Origin: Carcharhinus amblyrhynchos
Lineage: Eukaryota
DNA length: 64,000 nt
NCBI GenBank assembly: GCA_965287045.1
Contig: OZ336894.1
Location: forward strand, 8,122,001 to 8,186,000
Reading direction: 5' to 3'
Both the position numbers and the translations under genes were made by a program. The notes below the pieces were generated by a model. It was not told the origin of the DNA. It ran no database searches and saw only the letters and a program-made list of their open reading frames with translations. Below are positions 50,792 through 62,724 of the stretch, one piece after another; position 1 is the first letter of the stretch, and every line of letters begins with the position of its first letter.

Positions 50792-51515
50792 GTATTTATG
50801 TTTAGAAATATGCAGTATACTTAATTTAGATATGCTTTTTCTGGTTGCTCCACAGTGTAGTTTTACCATCCAATTTCATTCTTTACTTCATCAATACTTA
50901 GTATTTATGTATTTTGTAATTTAATGCCTTCTTTATGCATCTATCTTTCTGTATGATAGGGTGCACGTTCAGGGCTGGAAGCTTCTGCAGAGAGGTGTGC
51001 ATGTTCAAGTTCTCACTTGTTATGACTCCACATTTATTTTGTATAAAACTGCTGGTTCCAGTGCATCTGTTTGTATAGCATAGCTCATTTTATATCTACA
51101 TTTTAAAAAAATAAATTTTTATGTTTGTTTTGGCTGGTCTGTCTAAGAGTAGTATGTTTGCATCCTGACTAAGGGTTGCAGAGCTAAGTGATGTAGTAAA
51201 GAGACAAAGATTGATGAAAGAAAATTTGATTAAGTGATAATTTGAAATATCTTAAGTCGTTAAAAATTAAAAAATACTTCTGTCCCCATAACTTGCCCTT
51301 GGTGGCTCAAGCAACAGAAGTTATCAATTTAACATAGCTTGCCTTTAGAAATAATAATTACAAGTTACTTACATTCTAAATAATGGCCAACTGTAATTGT
51401 TTAAAACTGAGAAGGTGATGTGAGTCTTAGAAGAGATGGACAACATTTAGGAATCATTCATTGTCACTTACTTATTGTCACTTTGCAAGCTGTATCTGGG
51501 ACACCAGAGCATACT

Positions 51516-51843
51516 GGGCGGCATGGTAGCACAGTGGTTAGCACTGCTTCCTCACAGCGCTGGGGATCTGGGTTCGGTTCCTGGCTTGGGTCACTGTCTG
51601 TGTGGAGTTTGCACGTTCTCCCCATGTCTGCTTGGGTTTCCTCCAGATGATCCAGTTTCCTCCCATATCTAATAATGTGTGGGTTAGGCTGATTGGCCAC
51701 GCTAAATTGACTCTTAGAGTCGGGGGGACTAGTTTGGGTAAATGCATGGGGTTGTGGAGATAGGTGCTGGATGGGATTGTGGTCTGTGCATATTTGATGG
51801 GCTGAATGGCCACCTTCTGCACTGTAGATTCTATGATTCTATG
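51516..51843 (+). mobile_element. HE1-like V-SINE, CR1-type tail
   Basis: Full head, V-domain and (ATTCTATG)n tail. Confidence 0.9.
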
Positions 51844-52774
51844 AAAATTGTGGCAAAATTTAGCAACCAGATATATATGAAAATCTATTAATTGGTGATT
51901 TTTTTTGGCTGTGGGGTCTAAAAATGAATGTAAATGTAAACCTATTCCTAAGACGATAATGGTCTCCAAGATTTTTGTAGAATATGCAGTACTTTTTCTA
52001 CAGTGTCCTAAATTGTGAATTTCCATCTGATACCTTTATATGAAAAGTTCATAATGTACTGTGTGTGGAAAAGCTTCAAGTGAAAGAATTTAGGTAAACA
52101 TTGCTTCAGGCCACTAAATCTTTCTAAGCATGCAAATCACTTTATTTTATCTTCGATCCCAACATTTCCATGTGTGAAATTCCCAAAAGGGATTCACTTT
52201 CTCTGCCCCTTTGAGCCAGTTTACACCTTTCAAATGACAAAAAAAATTTTTATTAATATACAACAGCAACAACACTTCAGTAAGAGAACAAGTATTGAAA
52301 GAAAATAGAATGCGAATTACCCAAACAGGAATCTGAAAACTCCACACGCACTGTGGGCTATACTTACAGTTAAGTTATATTTTTGATTAACAAGGGAGTT
52401 GAGGGTTATGAGGTGCAGACAGGAAAGTGGAGCTGAGTCCATGGTCAGACCAGGCAAGATCTTGGTGAAAGGAGGCTCCTTGAGCCAAATGACCAAATGT
52501 TGTCACATTCTTGTGGGTACGGTGCAACTTGTTTGAAGAGAAATGTCTTAGAAGAGCAGTGACGTATTTATTTTCATCAAGGGCCCATTGCACTTTTAAT
52601 TTTAAAAAATCTTGACTTTAAGTTGGTAGAATATTAATGACTTTTGGTAAACTATGGTTTAAAAGGAATTTTTGTTTAGATGTTCACCTGGTCTTGTTTC
52701 TTAAGGTTAAATAAATCTTGTCTTTAAGTTGACTGCTTTAAATGGGGTTCTGTCTCGTTTGTTTTTCTTTGCAG

Positions 52775-52914
52775 ACATTTGTTTGAAGGAAGTGACTTCA
52801 ATTGCAGACAGCTTATATAACATTCAGCTGCTGATAGATTTTTCACACCATTATCTGAACAGAAGTTTCTATCTCACACTGGAAGATATGTTGTACAGTC
52901 CTTTAGTGCTGAAG
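52775..52914 (+). CDS. CAMSAP1: CAMSAP1 exon 6 (CH domain), 140 nt, phase 1 to 0
   Basis: ttgcag|ACATTT...CTGAAG|gtaaga; DICLKEVTSIADSLYNIQLLIDFSHHYLNRSFYLTLEDMLYSPLVLK. Confidence 0.95.
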
Positions 52915-53019
52915 GTAAGATCTAATTAAGAGTTCTCATTTCTTTAAAGTAACATGATTGTATCTATACTCATGGAGGTGGTACATTCAGCATTAGGTAC
53001 TCCTTTTCCACCTCAGGAA

Positions 53020-53480
53020 AATCTTTTTTTTGTGATGGGGGCACTGATAAGGCTGCATTGTTATTGTATATCCTTAGTTGCCCCAAGAGGCTGATGATGG
53101 AGTTTTTTGAATCACTGCAGTTTTTATGGTGTTAGTTCTTCTGCAACGATGTACGGTACTTTTGCCCACGAAACGACGCGAGAACAACAGCAGTATATAT
53201 TCAAGCCAGATTAGTGTGCAACTTGAAGGGGAACTTGAATGTGGTAGTGTTCCTGTGATTTTGCCATTCTTGTTCTTGTCCGTGGTAGAGGTCACAATGC
53301 ATAGATATGCTGTTGAAGGAGGCTTGGTAGGTTACTGCAGTACATCCCTTTGCCATCGTTTATTATCAGTGGAGGAGATGGATACTGAATCCAGTGAAAA
53401 GCTGTTGATCAAGGGAGCTGCTCTGTCCTGAATGTTGTGCAGCTTCTTGTGTTGTATGTAGCTGCTGCTGTCCGGGTGGA
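53020..53480 (-). mobile_element. Decayed LINE 3' end, same family as 2108-2965
   Basis: gatggg.gcactga.aaggc.gcatt..ttattg...tccttagttgccc; acttgaaggggaacttg..tgtggt. Confidence 0.65.
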
Positions 53481-53644
53481 GGGTCAGGAGTGATCAGTTT
53501 GTGCTCGAGTCCTTATGCTGTCTCTTCCCACCCCTTATAGCCTCAGTGATGTAAAGTGATCTTTTCCCATTAATTCTAATTGCATTCTGTGGAATACAAT
53601 GAAGCAATATATCTTTGTAGAACATAGCTTTCTTTCTGTTTCAG

Positions 53645-53741
53645 CCTAATGTTATGGTGTTCATTGCTGAGCTATTCTGGTGGTTTGAAGTTGTGAAGCC
53701 TGACTTTGTGCAACCAAGAGAAGTTCAAGAAATCAAAGATG
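53645..53741 (+). CDS. CAMSAP1: CAMSAP1 exon 7 (end of CH domain), 97 nt, phase 0 to 1
   Basis: tttcag|CCTAAT...AAAGATG|gtaagt; PNVMVFIAELFWWFEVVKPDFVQPREVQEIKD. Confidence 0.95.
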
Positions 53742-53875
53742 GTAAGTTTCTGAAGTTTTATAAAAAGCGGGATAAAGGGCTATTGGGAAGAGGCAGGGAA
53801 GTGGAGGTGGGATGAGATGGAAATCAACCATGACCATGTAGAATGGTGGTGCACGCTCGAAGGGCTAAATTGCTT

Positions 53876-53877
<2 letters not shown>

Positions 53878-53918
<41 letters not shown>
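53878..53918. repeat. (CT)n microsatellite at the end of a CR1 tail fragment (53760-53877)
   Basis: About 18 uninterrupted CT units. Confidence 0.97.
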
Positions 53919-53919
<1 letters not shown>

Positions 53920-54248
53920 CTCCCCCCACCCCTTGCATTTTTGAAGAGTTTCTTCTGAAGAAACTTTGAATAACATGTATAATTTACGTTCTTTAATGTG
54001 ACAATTTAGACTGTCATTTTCTTGAGACCACCTGCCATTTTGTGTGCTCAGTTTTTGGCCTAACCAAATTTCTTTTGTTTTCTTTGGTCTGGATGGAAAA
54101 TGCGTTCAAGCTTCAATGTCTGAGTAACTCGCATATTGTCATAATGAAAATCTTTCAAAAGTGACCACAAACTTTTGGATTGCAACCTAATTACAAATGG
54201 AAGAAGTTCCCAAGTATAACTAATGTTTTATCTTCAATGTTAATTCAG

Positions 54249-54420
54249 CTAAAACACTCCTGCAGCAGAAGAGTTCTCGCCCACCTCTTCCGATTTCCAA
54301 CGCAACAAAGCGGAGCTTTATGGTCAGCCCAGCCAATGGTCCAGGTGATATGTCAACACCTGTTCCACAGAGTAGCCCAGAGATTGCAACCAGGTATTGC
54401 CTGCATCCTGAAGAGTTTGT
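54249..54420 (+). CDS. CAMSAP1: CAMSAP1 exon 8, 172 nt (or 145 nt using the internal donor after 54393), phase 1 to 2
   Basis: attcag|CTAAAA...GAGTTTGT|gtaagt; AKTLLQQKSSRPPLPISNATKRSFMVSPANGPGDMSTPVPQSSPEIATRYCLHPEEF; PISNATKRSF is a conserved CAMSAP motif. Confidence 0.9.
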
Positions 54421-54729
54421 GTAAGTCTGTCTCTGTCAGTCCTCACCCTGGCATGTCCTCCAGCAGTTTTGGTTTCCAACTTGGGTTCAGTGTTACGTAG
54501 AATCATACATGTGGTGTGTAATTTTGTCCATTTTACTTTTCTGTGCTGCTAATCATATCTGGACTTACTTAACAGTTTTGTGATTTGTAGCATTTGATTG
54601 AAAAACTTGTCAGTTGTTATGACAACTGGAATGATTTACTGTTTCCATCTTGCTTCAAACCTGTCTATTTATGTTTGTGCTGAACATCTTTTAAATGAAA
54701 AATTGATCCTTTTTGTTCTTTTTGTATAG

Positions 54730-54821
54730 CAAAGGAAGCCCTGCCTTCAGTCCATCCCATCCGCTATTGCCTTTAAGACAGAGGCAGTATAAATGTCCTC
54801 TATCCAATGAGGACAGCACAG
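54730..54821 (+). CDS. CAMSAP1: CAMSAP1 exon 9, 92 nt, phase 2 to 1
   Basis: gtatag|CAAAGG...AGCACAG|gtaaga; KGSPAFSPSHPLLPLRQRQYKCPLSNEDST. Confidence 0.93.
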
Positions 54822-55595
54822 GTAAGATGGTTGCACAGTATTCAAGGTGGAGAATGAATAATGAAAATAAATAGATGAATTTTAGAAATGCTAGGCTTTC
54901 TTTGAGGTTTGAGGGAGATGGGAAATAGCACACAGAGGGAATCTAATAACAGTTCAATTGGAATAATAAGGTACTTTTTGGAGTATCAGCGAACAATTTT
55001 GTAATTGCTTTAATGGTATATTGTAAATTATTTGTTTGCTTTTACCAATGTTTACAGGCACTTGGAGCTTTAAAATAGGCATTCCACAATTCAAAAATTA
55101 ATTTGAAATGGATTATTACACTATTTCCAATATGATGGAAAATGTTCTCCTCAATGCAAAGTAGCTTCACATTAGGCAATTCATTTGTTTTAGGATACTA
55201 AAATAATTTTTAAGACTGGTGTAAGATGTATTATGACCAGTTTTCAAACTGGTGAATTATTTTTTGTAGGTGAAGGAATGTAGGTGTTATATGGATGCTG
55301 GCAAGATTAAATTGATGTTTTCTGTTTGAATTTGATACAAGTACCCAGACTACCAAATCTGACTTATTATAAATTCATTTCCTCATCCGTTTTTCTCCCC
55401 TTGGCTCTGTTTCCTGAATGTGTTGATCTTTGCTGGTTTATAGTTCCAGAAATACCAGCTTCCCTCTACATCGTCCAAGAGGCAATTAGTTGTGTGTGAG
55501 CTTTAAATAGTGAATGTCATCAGGTTATTCAACCACCAGAGCCTCAACACTAAACTCAGTATCCTCCCACGTGCAATATCAGCAGGCTCTGTTGA

Positions 55596-56545
55596 ATAGC
55601 AGTGAACAGTGAGTGCTTGGCCTGTCTATTTCCTTTCTCCCTCTCAAAATCCAGGAGCAGTGATACCAATTCTAATAATTCTACATGCATTTTACTGAAA
55701 TCCACACACATCCAAGATCAAACCTTAGACCACCGCCCACTCCTGACTATAGAGTCCATCTACCATTAATAAAGTCTTTGTCATCAACAGAGTGTATATC
55801 TAAGCTCATAAATTGTAAATTATATCCAAAATAATAGTGAATCTTAGCTGAAGCTAGTAATCTGCAGACAAAAAAAAACTGATTCTGTGTTCGCCAAGTT
55901 TATAATCATTTAAACATTCTTTAACCAAAACCTATAATAATTTCCCTTTCTAGTTATAACATAATATACAGGGGCATCAGGCACCTAAAGGCAATTTAAT
56001 AGGTGCTTTAGTTTCTGTAGCAATCTCTTAATTTAATTTATTTTTGTCTATTTTGGTTGAGGACTAAGCAATTTCCTTAGCTCTCATTTCCTAGCCAATG
56101 TGTTGGACATGAAATTCCTGAGCTATCATCAGTCTGACTGTAAGGTAGCTAAAAGTAGTATTCTGTTCCTCTCGCCGCTGCTGCCCCCCTCCACTCCCAT
56201 TAGTGTCTTGAACTTTCAATAGCAGTGAACAGTGAGTGCTCTACCTGTCTGTTTCCTTTCTCCCTCCCCAAAACCCAGGACCAGTGATCCCAATTCTGGT
56301 AATCCTACTTGCATGTTAGCTGAAATCCACACAGACCTGAAATCAAACCTTTAGGCTAACATCCACTCTTCATGTAATCTAATTTAGTTTTGTCTGTATT
56401 TTGGTTGAGGTGTAAGTAATTTTCTTAGCTCTCATTTCTTGGCAGACTTGTCAGGCAGGGAAATTCCTGAGCTGTCATCAGTCTGACTGTGAGTTGGCTA
56501 AAGGTAGTATTCCTCAGTTCTTCTAATTGACCCCCCCTCCCCTCC
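55596..56545. repeat. Old local tandem duplication, arrangement A-x-B-A'-B'
   Basis: A 55596-55742 resembles A' 56218-56368 (aatagcagtgaacagtgagtgct...); B 56025-56172 resembles B' 56375-56523 (tattttggttgagg...tcatcagtctgactgt). Confidence 0.9.
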
Positions 56546-57052
56546 CTTCTCAGCAGTGCCTTTAATTTTTCCCCTATTTCACTTCCTTGCCCTTCCCAAC
56601 CACCACCACCATTGGTCCCATAACTTTTCTCACATCCCCATCCACTAGGTTGCAAATTCAACACCGTAATCATCACACTATTGAACCTTAATACGCAAAC
56701 TGACATTTTAAATGATTCCTGTCTTCAAGCAATGCTCCCTTTTAAAACCACCCTTACACCCTCCTGAAGCTTGAGGGAAGTATTGGTTCAGGAATGCATG
56801 CTGTACTATTATAGCTCTGTTTCTGACTCTCATTCATAGTGTGGCTATATGGCCTGTTTACACATTTGTCACTATTTAGTGTGTTACAAGTGAAGGTTAA
56901 GATATTTTGGCTATAAGTTAAATTAGTCAAAGAAATTCAGTGGACGTAATAATCAATGCACTGTATTCAGAGTCCAATCTGAATATCTTTGAGAGATTGT
57001 GCTGTAATGAGTTTTATATGCACTGTTTAGTGTTTTTATTTTCAATATTTAG

Positions 57053-57137
57053 ATACTCGGCATCGTTCAAATTCCCTAACTCGAGTTGACGGGCAGCCAA
57101 GAGGCACAGTGTTGGCTTGGCAAGAAAAGAAGCCAAG
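57053..57137 (+). CDS. CAMSAP1: CAMSAP1 exon 10, 85 nt, phase 1 to 2
   Basis: atttag|ATACTC...GCCAAG|gtaaac; DTRHRSNSLTRVDGQPRGTVLAWQEKKP(R). Confidence 0.93.
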
Positions 57138-57545
57138 GTAAACATGGGGAATACCTTATCTTCATTTGTTTACTTTCTTAGTTCAAGTTTATCTCGATTG
57201 AAGCTCTAATTAAATGGCCATAGTAACTTCATATTGAATGTCAACAAATATGTGGCAGATATTCACAGTGAGAAACAGAGGGTTGATTTAAGTTTTAATC
57301 TTGTTTTTGAAATATATTGCCTGGTCATCACTGTTTCTTGCACTCTGGCTTTGAGTTACCTTTATTAATCTTGGCTCTGCTGCAAAGATGACCTAGACCA
57401 GACTGCTCATAAGACATTTGTAAAGACACAATAAATTTTTACACGGCAATAGTTCTCAAGCAGATGAGAACTCAATTAGTTGCTGTCAGAGTTGAAGGGG
57501 GTAGGTTTGGAATACAGAAATCAGCATGGGCTTCCACCTCTGGTT

Positions 57546-57842
57546 GTACAGAAGGAGGCTGTTTGGCCCATCAAGTCTGGAGTAACTCTCTGACAGCACA
57601 TCTTAGCCAGACCCACATCCAGCCCTATCCTCATAACTGCACACATTTACCCCACTAATTCCCTAACCTACACATCTTTGGACACTAAGAGACAATTCCA
57701 CATGTCCAATCCACCTAACCTGCACATCTTTGGAGTGTGGGAGGAAACCAGAGACACGGGGAGAATGTGCAGACTCCACACACAGTCACTCAAGGCTGGA
57801 ATTGAACTGGTGCTAACCACCACACTACCTGTGTACCACCGT
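57546..57842 (-). mobile_element. V-SINE, CR1-type tail, with deletions
   Basis: Reverse-complement V-domain (gacacggggagaatgtgcagactccacacacagtca). Confidence 0.85.
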
Positions 57843-58076
57843 ACTGTATTGTTTGGCATCTCTGTTGGAAATGTAGATGTATGAACTTTGGACTCAGCTG
57901 TCGTGCCCCTGTGGTTGAACTGTCTGCCAGTAGCCACTGCCAAAATGTGTGAAATGAGAAAATAAAAATGAAGATTTGCAGTGGTGTCGTCTTTTCTTTC
58001 AATGTTAAAGAACCATCCGTCAGTGACCAGATTATAAGCCCTACAAGAAAGGTATATTCATCTTTCACTAAGTGAA

Positions 58077-58322
58077 GCGGCACAGCGCCAGGGACCCGGA
58101 TTCAATTCCCAGCTTGGGTCACTGTGCGGAGTTTGCATGTTCTCCCCATGTCTGCGTGCATTTCCTCCGGGTGCTCTGGTTTCCTCCTATGGTCTGAAAG
58201 TCGTGCTGGTTAGATGCATTGACCCGAACAGGCACTGGCATGTGGCGACTAGGGGAATTTCACAGTAGCTTCATTGCAGTGTTAATGTAAGCCTTACTTA
58301 TAACTAATAAATAAACTTTAAC
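58077..58322 (+). mobile_element. V-SINE with alternative tail, internally deleted
   Basis: cacagcgccagggacccggattcaattccc head, V-domain, cccgaacaggc...aataaataaacttta tail. Confidence 0.88.
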
Positions 58323-59581
58323 TGTACTTTTGAAAATGCTCACATCCATAGCTGTAATTCAAGACAGGCTAAAATGAGACACATCAATGTAATGAAGCCG
58401 TTGTCTGGATGTGTTTTTGAAAATTGGTTTGAAATTTACATTCATAGGCTAAGGATTTAATGCATGTTTGTCTTATGATATTGTAATTGCTTTAAGAATG
58501 ATTTTCACAGCGTTTTAGGAATTTGTATTTTGATGTACTAATTTTTAGTTTGAAGCTGTCAGTTACAAGGGGAGAGAGGCATGTAGATTCACAAATATTT
58601 TGAGAAAATGTTCTTAATATGCAATTTTTAAATTGTTGAATGCTACATGGTTGGGGCTAATATCAATAGATAATCACAGCTTATCTCAGTGTTAGACTGT
58701 TGTGATACCTAAGATGGCAGGTGTCCAGCACACAGGTGGTAAACAAGTCAAATAAAGATTATTTCTAACAGCACTACTAGCTAAAATAGGCACTGTTGAG
58801 TGTTACAATGGGATGATGATTTCTCTGTTCTGATAAAGCAGGCATTGTCTTTAAGCTAGCCGCATTCATCTTGGCTCTGCAAAAAAACAAATTCTGAGAT
58901 GCGCCAGTTTTCAACTTAATTTGCTATGTCACTTACCAGTGCGTATGTTGTAATACACCGTTAACCCATTTATGGTGTTCATCTTAGAAGTCCAGTTTTG
59001 CAGCAGAGTTGTTGTTTAGTGGCTCCCTCTGCAGTACGCAGTGAGCAAGATCAACCGTCTGTATGGATTTATGAAGATAAAACATGTTCCCCAAAAGTTT
59101 CAATTATCCGCAAAGCTGTAGCTGAAATAAGCAGCTGTCACTAACCAGTTCAAAATCTTAGTTTAGAAATCGTGTGTATTTTTCAGTAATGGATATTACC
59201 TTTGTGTAAACGAATACGATTTTAGTATTTATCTTCACTTGTTTCTAAAGTATTTTAATTTGGCATAGCTGTAATGTAGTTTTAATCTTGGATCTTTATT
59301 TAAAACTGTGTAGCACACAGCACATCCATAGATTGGTTCCTTTTTCAAAGCTCTTAAGGACAAAAAAAATGCTTTGATCTCTGCAGTGGCACCCTTACTC
59401 TACAGTTAAGCTACAATAATGCTACAAATTCTTATTTGTTTGTAATTCTGTCTGTTTTTCTAGCAATATGATAAATTTGCAAAATATGTTTGCAAACAAT
59501 GCATCAATAAATGTATTTTCAAAATGCATAAATGTATGCTTTCTTCATGTCTTGTGACTGACGCTCTTAATTTTTTTTCAG

Positions 59582-62150
59582 ACCCCTGTCACAGCCAACG
59601 CCATTTACCCTTCATTATGCAACTGACAGCGATGTAGATGCTGGCTCTGGAGATAGCATCAGTCTGGCCAGATCTATTAGTAAAGACAGTCTTGCATCCA
59701 ATATAGTCAGTGTAACCCCGAAGCATCAGTCTCAGTTACTTTCTCCGCCTGCAGAAAGCAATGGAAAAAGCTTGTTGAGGAATGTGGCCATGGAAGACGA
59801 GGATGACGAAGAGCTTATAGCAATAATTAAGTCAGATGGGGAGCTGGCTAACAGTTCTGATCTTGAGTTACAGAGCGTCTCATCAAGAGTCGCAAGTCAG
59901 ACATTGCCGTCAAAGCTGCCCAAAAGACAGCAAAATGACCCTGAAGTAGCAAACCAAACTGGCGGTTTCTTTTTAGAACCTTTAATGCCTGCAGTCTTAA
60001 AACCAGCCAAGGAAAGTCTACTGATTGTCAACAAGCAGGAAGAATGTGGAGAACGGAAATACAGGCTGCCATCAGCAAAGAGAATACCAGATGGGCATTT
60101 GCGCAAAAAAACAGTGAATGTCAATGCAGAGGCAGATATTAATAGGACTTTCACTCCCATAACTAGCTCTGACTTCATAGTAGTCTCTGATCCAACCAGT
60201 GAAAAATCATTGCGACATCTGGAAGAACCAGGAGTCTCTCTAAGTCACTTTAGGCCTTTGGCTAGTAGTAGTGTTGAATCTTCAGCTCAGGGAGAGTCTG
60301 GAGGTTTTTTCCTTCATACTGGTGATCTTGACGAAGGACTGGATGGTATGTCAATAAACAATGCAACCATTGTCGGCAACACTAAACCACGTGACACAAC
60401 ATGGACTGTGAACATGCAAGATTCTGATTCGGAAGTGTTAGATATGGAAGAGGCTGAACAAGATCTGGTTACTGATGAGGAGGTTCAACAAGTTAGAAGT
60501 GGGTACAGTGGTGAAGAGGAATCTAGAAAATTGCATCATGATATGAAGGTGAAGGAACATGAGGACAAGGATGGTGCCAGTGGGCGTTCCAGCCCTTGTC
60601 TGAGTACAATCTCTCAGGCCAGCAGCACGTCCATGACCAGTACCAGTATTAGGATGACCAGCTTTGCTGAACGTAAACTGCAAAGACTCAACAGTGCTGA
60701 AGCAAAATCCAGTGCAAGTAGCTCTCAGAAGACCACTCCAGATGGGTCCGAATGTTGTCCCATACCCATGATGACATGGCGGCAGAAGCGAGAGCAGAGT
60801 CCCAACAGACAGACCAAAGACAGTGCTCAGATGCTGGCCTCTGAGCTTGTTCAGCTTCACATGCAGCTTGAGGAGAAACGTAGGACAATTGAAGCTCAGA
60901 AAAAGAAAATGGAGGCACTCTCTGCCAGACAGCGTCTAAAATTGGGCAAAGCTGCGTTCTTACATATTGTTAAAAAGGGGAAGAACGAGGGCATTCCCCA
61001 ACCACTTAAACCTGAGTATTTCACAAAGGAAACTGAATGTCCAAATAATGAGGAAACTGTTGCGCTCGTTTCCCCTCGAGCAGATGAAGATTTTGCCAAC
61101 CAAGAGGCCAAAGAGGATTACTTAAAACAGCTGGAAGAAGTAGGGGCAAAAGACTTGTGTGAGAAAATCACAGAAAACGATATTCAAGAGAGCATTGCGG
61201 CAGTCAGACAGCGCTGGCTAAAGGAATCCTCACAGGCAGCTCACGATGTTGACAAGAACAAGGTAACTTCTAATGGTGGTTTTGAGGATGGAACGGCAGA
61301 TGTTGACATGAATGAATACAACCGGTCTATTGAGAAGCTGAATGAAACTCTGAGCAACCTTCAGTTTGAGATGCATAAGCTTTCGCAGCAGCAGGAACTG
61401 CTGATGAAGCTGAAAGACCAGGCGCCGACCGCACCGCTACAGAATGCTAATCGTAGCCTGCAGGACCCAAAGGTCAGACAAGCAGTGCAGATTGTGGAGC
61501 CGCTGTCACCCACAGGGATTAGTCCGTCACAAGCTGTGCGTAAGCAGCCACGTGGCACTCCGATGAAAAGTCCCCGTTCAGCGAGGCCAACGGAATTAAA
61601 AGTGTCTCGGGATTCGAAAACGCAAGGCTCCTTCCGTATCATCACGCCTACACACAGTGTAGAAACTCTACCCCATCTGCGACCCTCTCCAGGTAGTAAA
61701 CCACTAAAGTCTGAGACTGATGATATTGTTGTTGATGGCAGTACAGGGACTCCAGAAGGCAGATCTTCCAAAGTTTCTGCAGAGTACACTTCCGAAAGGA
61801 CAAAGGATGCTGATGGCCTCAAGCAGGGCGAAGAAAGTAACCAGCGGGCCTTGGTGCTTTCTACGTCTCAAAAAGACAGTTGCAATTATTTCTATGAACA
61901 AATCAACACAGAGGCAGTGGTTAGCACCCCAAAGAAGTCTGAATATCCGTCGCTTATATCTTCAGATAGATCAGGGAAAGAGAACATACCTATTGAGGAA
62001 CAATCTAAAAACAAGGCAAACCTCATTGAAGTAGATATCTCTGAACTGAAGGCACCTGCAGAAGGTGAGACAGCTGAAAGCCAAGGCCTTTCCACCAGTC
62101 AAATGATCAGTGAATCTGATCAGAAATCCGGATTGGGTTTTTTCTTCAAG
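59582..62150 (+). CDS. CAMSAP1: CAMSAP1 giant exon 11 (2569 nt; coiled coils CC1 and CC2, Pro-rich region), phase 2 to 0
   Basis: tttcag|ACCCCTG...TTCAAG|gttagt; includes the 797-aa ORF; motifs PLSQPTPF, SLARSISKDSLASNI, SGRSSPCLS, MTSFAERK, LASELVQLHMQLEEKRRTIEAQKKKMEALSARQRLKLGKAAFLHIVKK, SIEKLNETLS, GLGFFFK. Confidence 0.97.
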
Positions 62151-62261
62151 GTTAGTCATCATTAAACTTGTAATTACTTTAAACGATTTTGGAAAATTAC
62201 CAGGGACACATGGCTTTTGACTTTTATCAAAAGTATTTTTAAACATTGTAGTCAAATATTT

Positions 62262-62552
62262 CTGGCCTCTGTTGGTGCCCGAGTGCTCTGATCCTCAGTT
62301 CAGGAAGATGTAAAAGATTCCATTACACTTTTCAAAAAAAGAACACGTGAGTTCTCTCTTACCCCAACCAGCATTCCACCCTCAACAAACAATGAAAATA
62401 CATTAATTGCTTATTCATTACACTGCTCTTTGTGGAATTTTGCCGTGTATTAAATGGCTGTCATATTTGCCTACATAACAACAATTATACACTTCATTGC
62501 ATTTGGGAACTTTCCAAGAAATAATGTAAAAGCACTATAAGTATAAATGCTT
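62262..62552 (+). mobile_element. Degenerate DeuSINE 3' half
   Basis: gatgtaaaagattccat.acact.ttc; ttgtggaattttgccgtg..taaatggctg..atatttgcctacataacaaca. Confidence 0.7.
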
Positions 62553-62724
62553 TATCATGTATATGGAAGTAATGCCATACACGCAAGAATACTTTTATTC
62601 TGTGGTGCAGATGGAAAAATGGAAAGAAAAAGGAGACATGGACAAGCTGGGCCGAAAGGCCTGTCTTCATGCTGCAAACCTCTCTGACTGAGTTATATAA
62701 GTTGGCATTCTGTGTAATGCAGTA

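Noticed and set aside
58330-59580. Repeat-free stretch before the giant exon as a possible hidden exon
   Set aside because: Exon 10 (phase 2) joins exon 11 seamlessly (KKPR-PLSQPTPF), and I found no convincing acceptor/donor pair with a CAMSAP-like peptide.
61914-61927. CAGTGGTTAGCAC in the coding exon, identical to the V-SINE A-box region
   Set aside because: Only 13 bp with no flanking SINE similarity; chance match encoding AVVST.
59772-62165. 797-aa ORF as a standalone gene
   Set aside because: It is an internal exon: the frame is open from the acceptor at 59582 and leaves at the donor after 62150; the ORF start is a TTG and the last 4 codons are intronic.
59897-62255. Antisense and alternative-frame ORFs over the giant exon (e.g. 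61361-61822, 60438-60860)
   Set aside because: Shadow ORFs of a long coding exon; no recognisable protein features.
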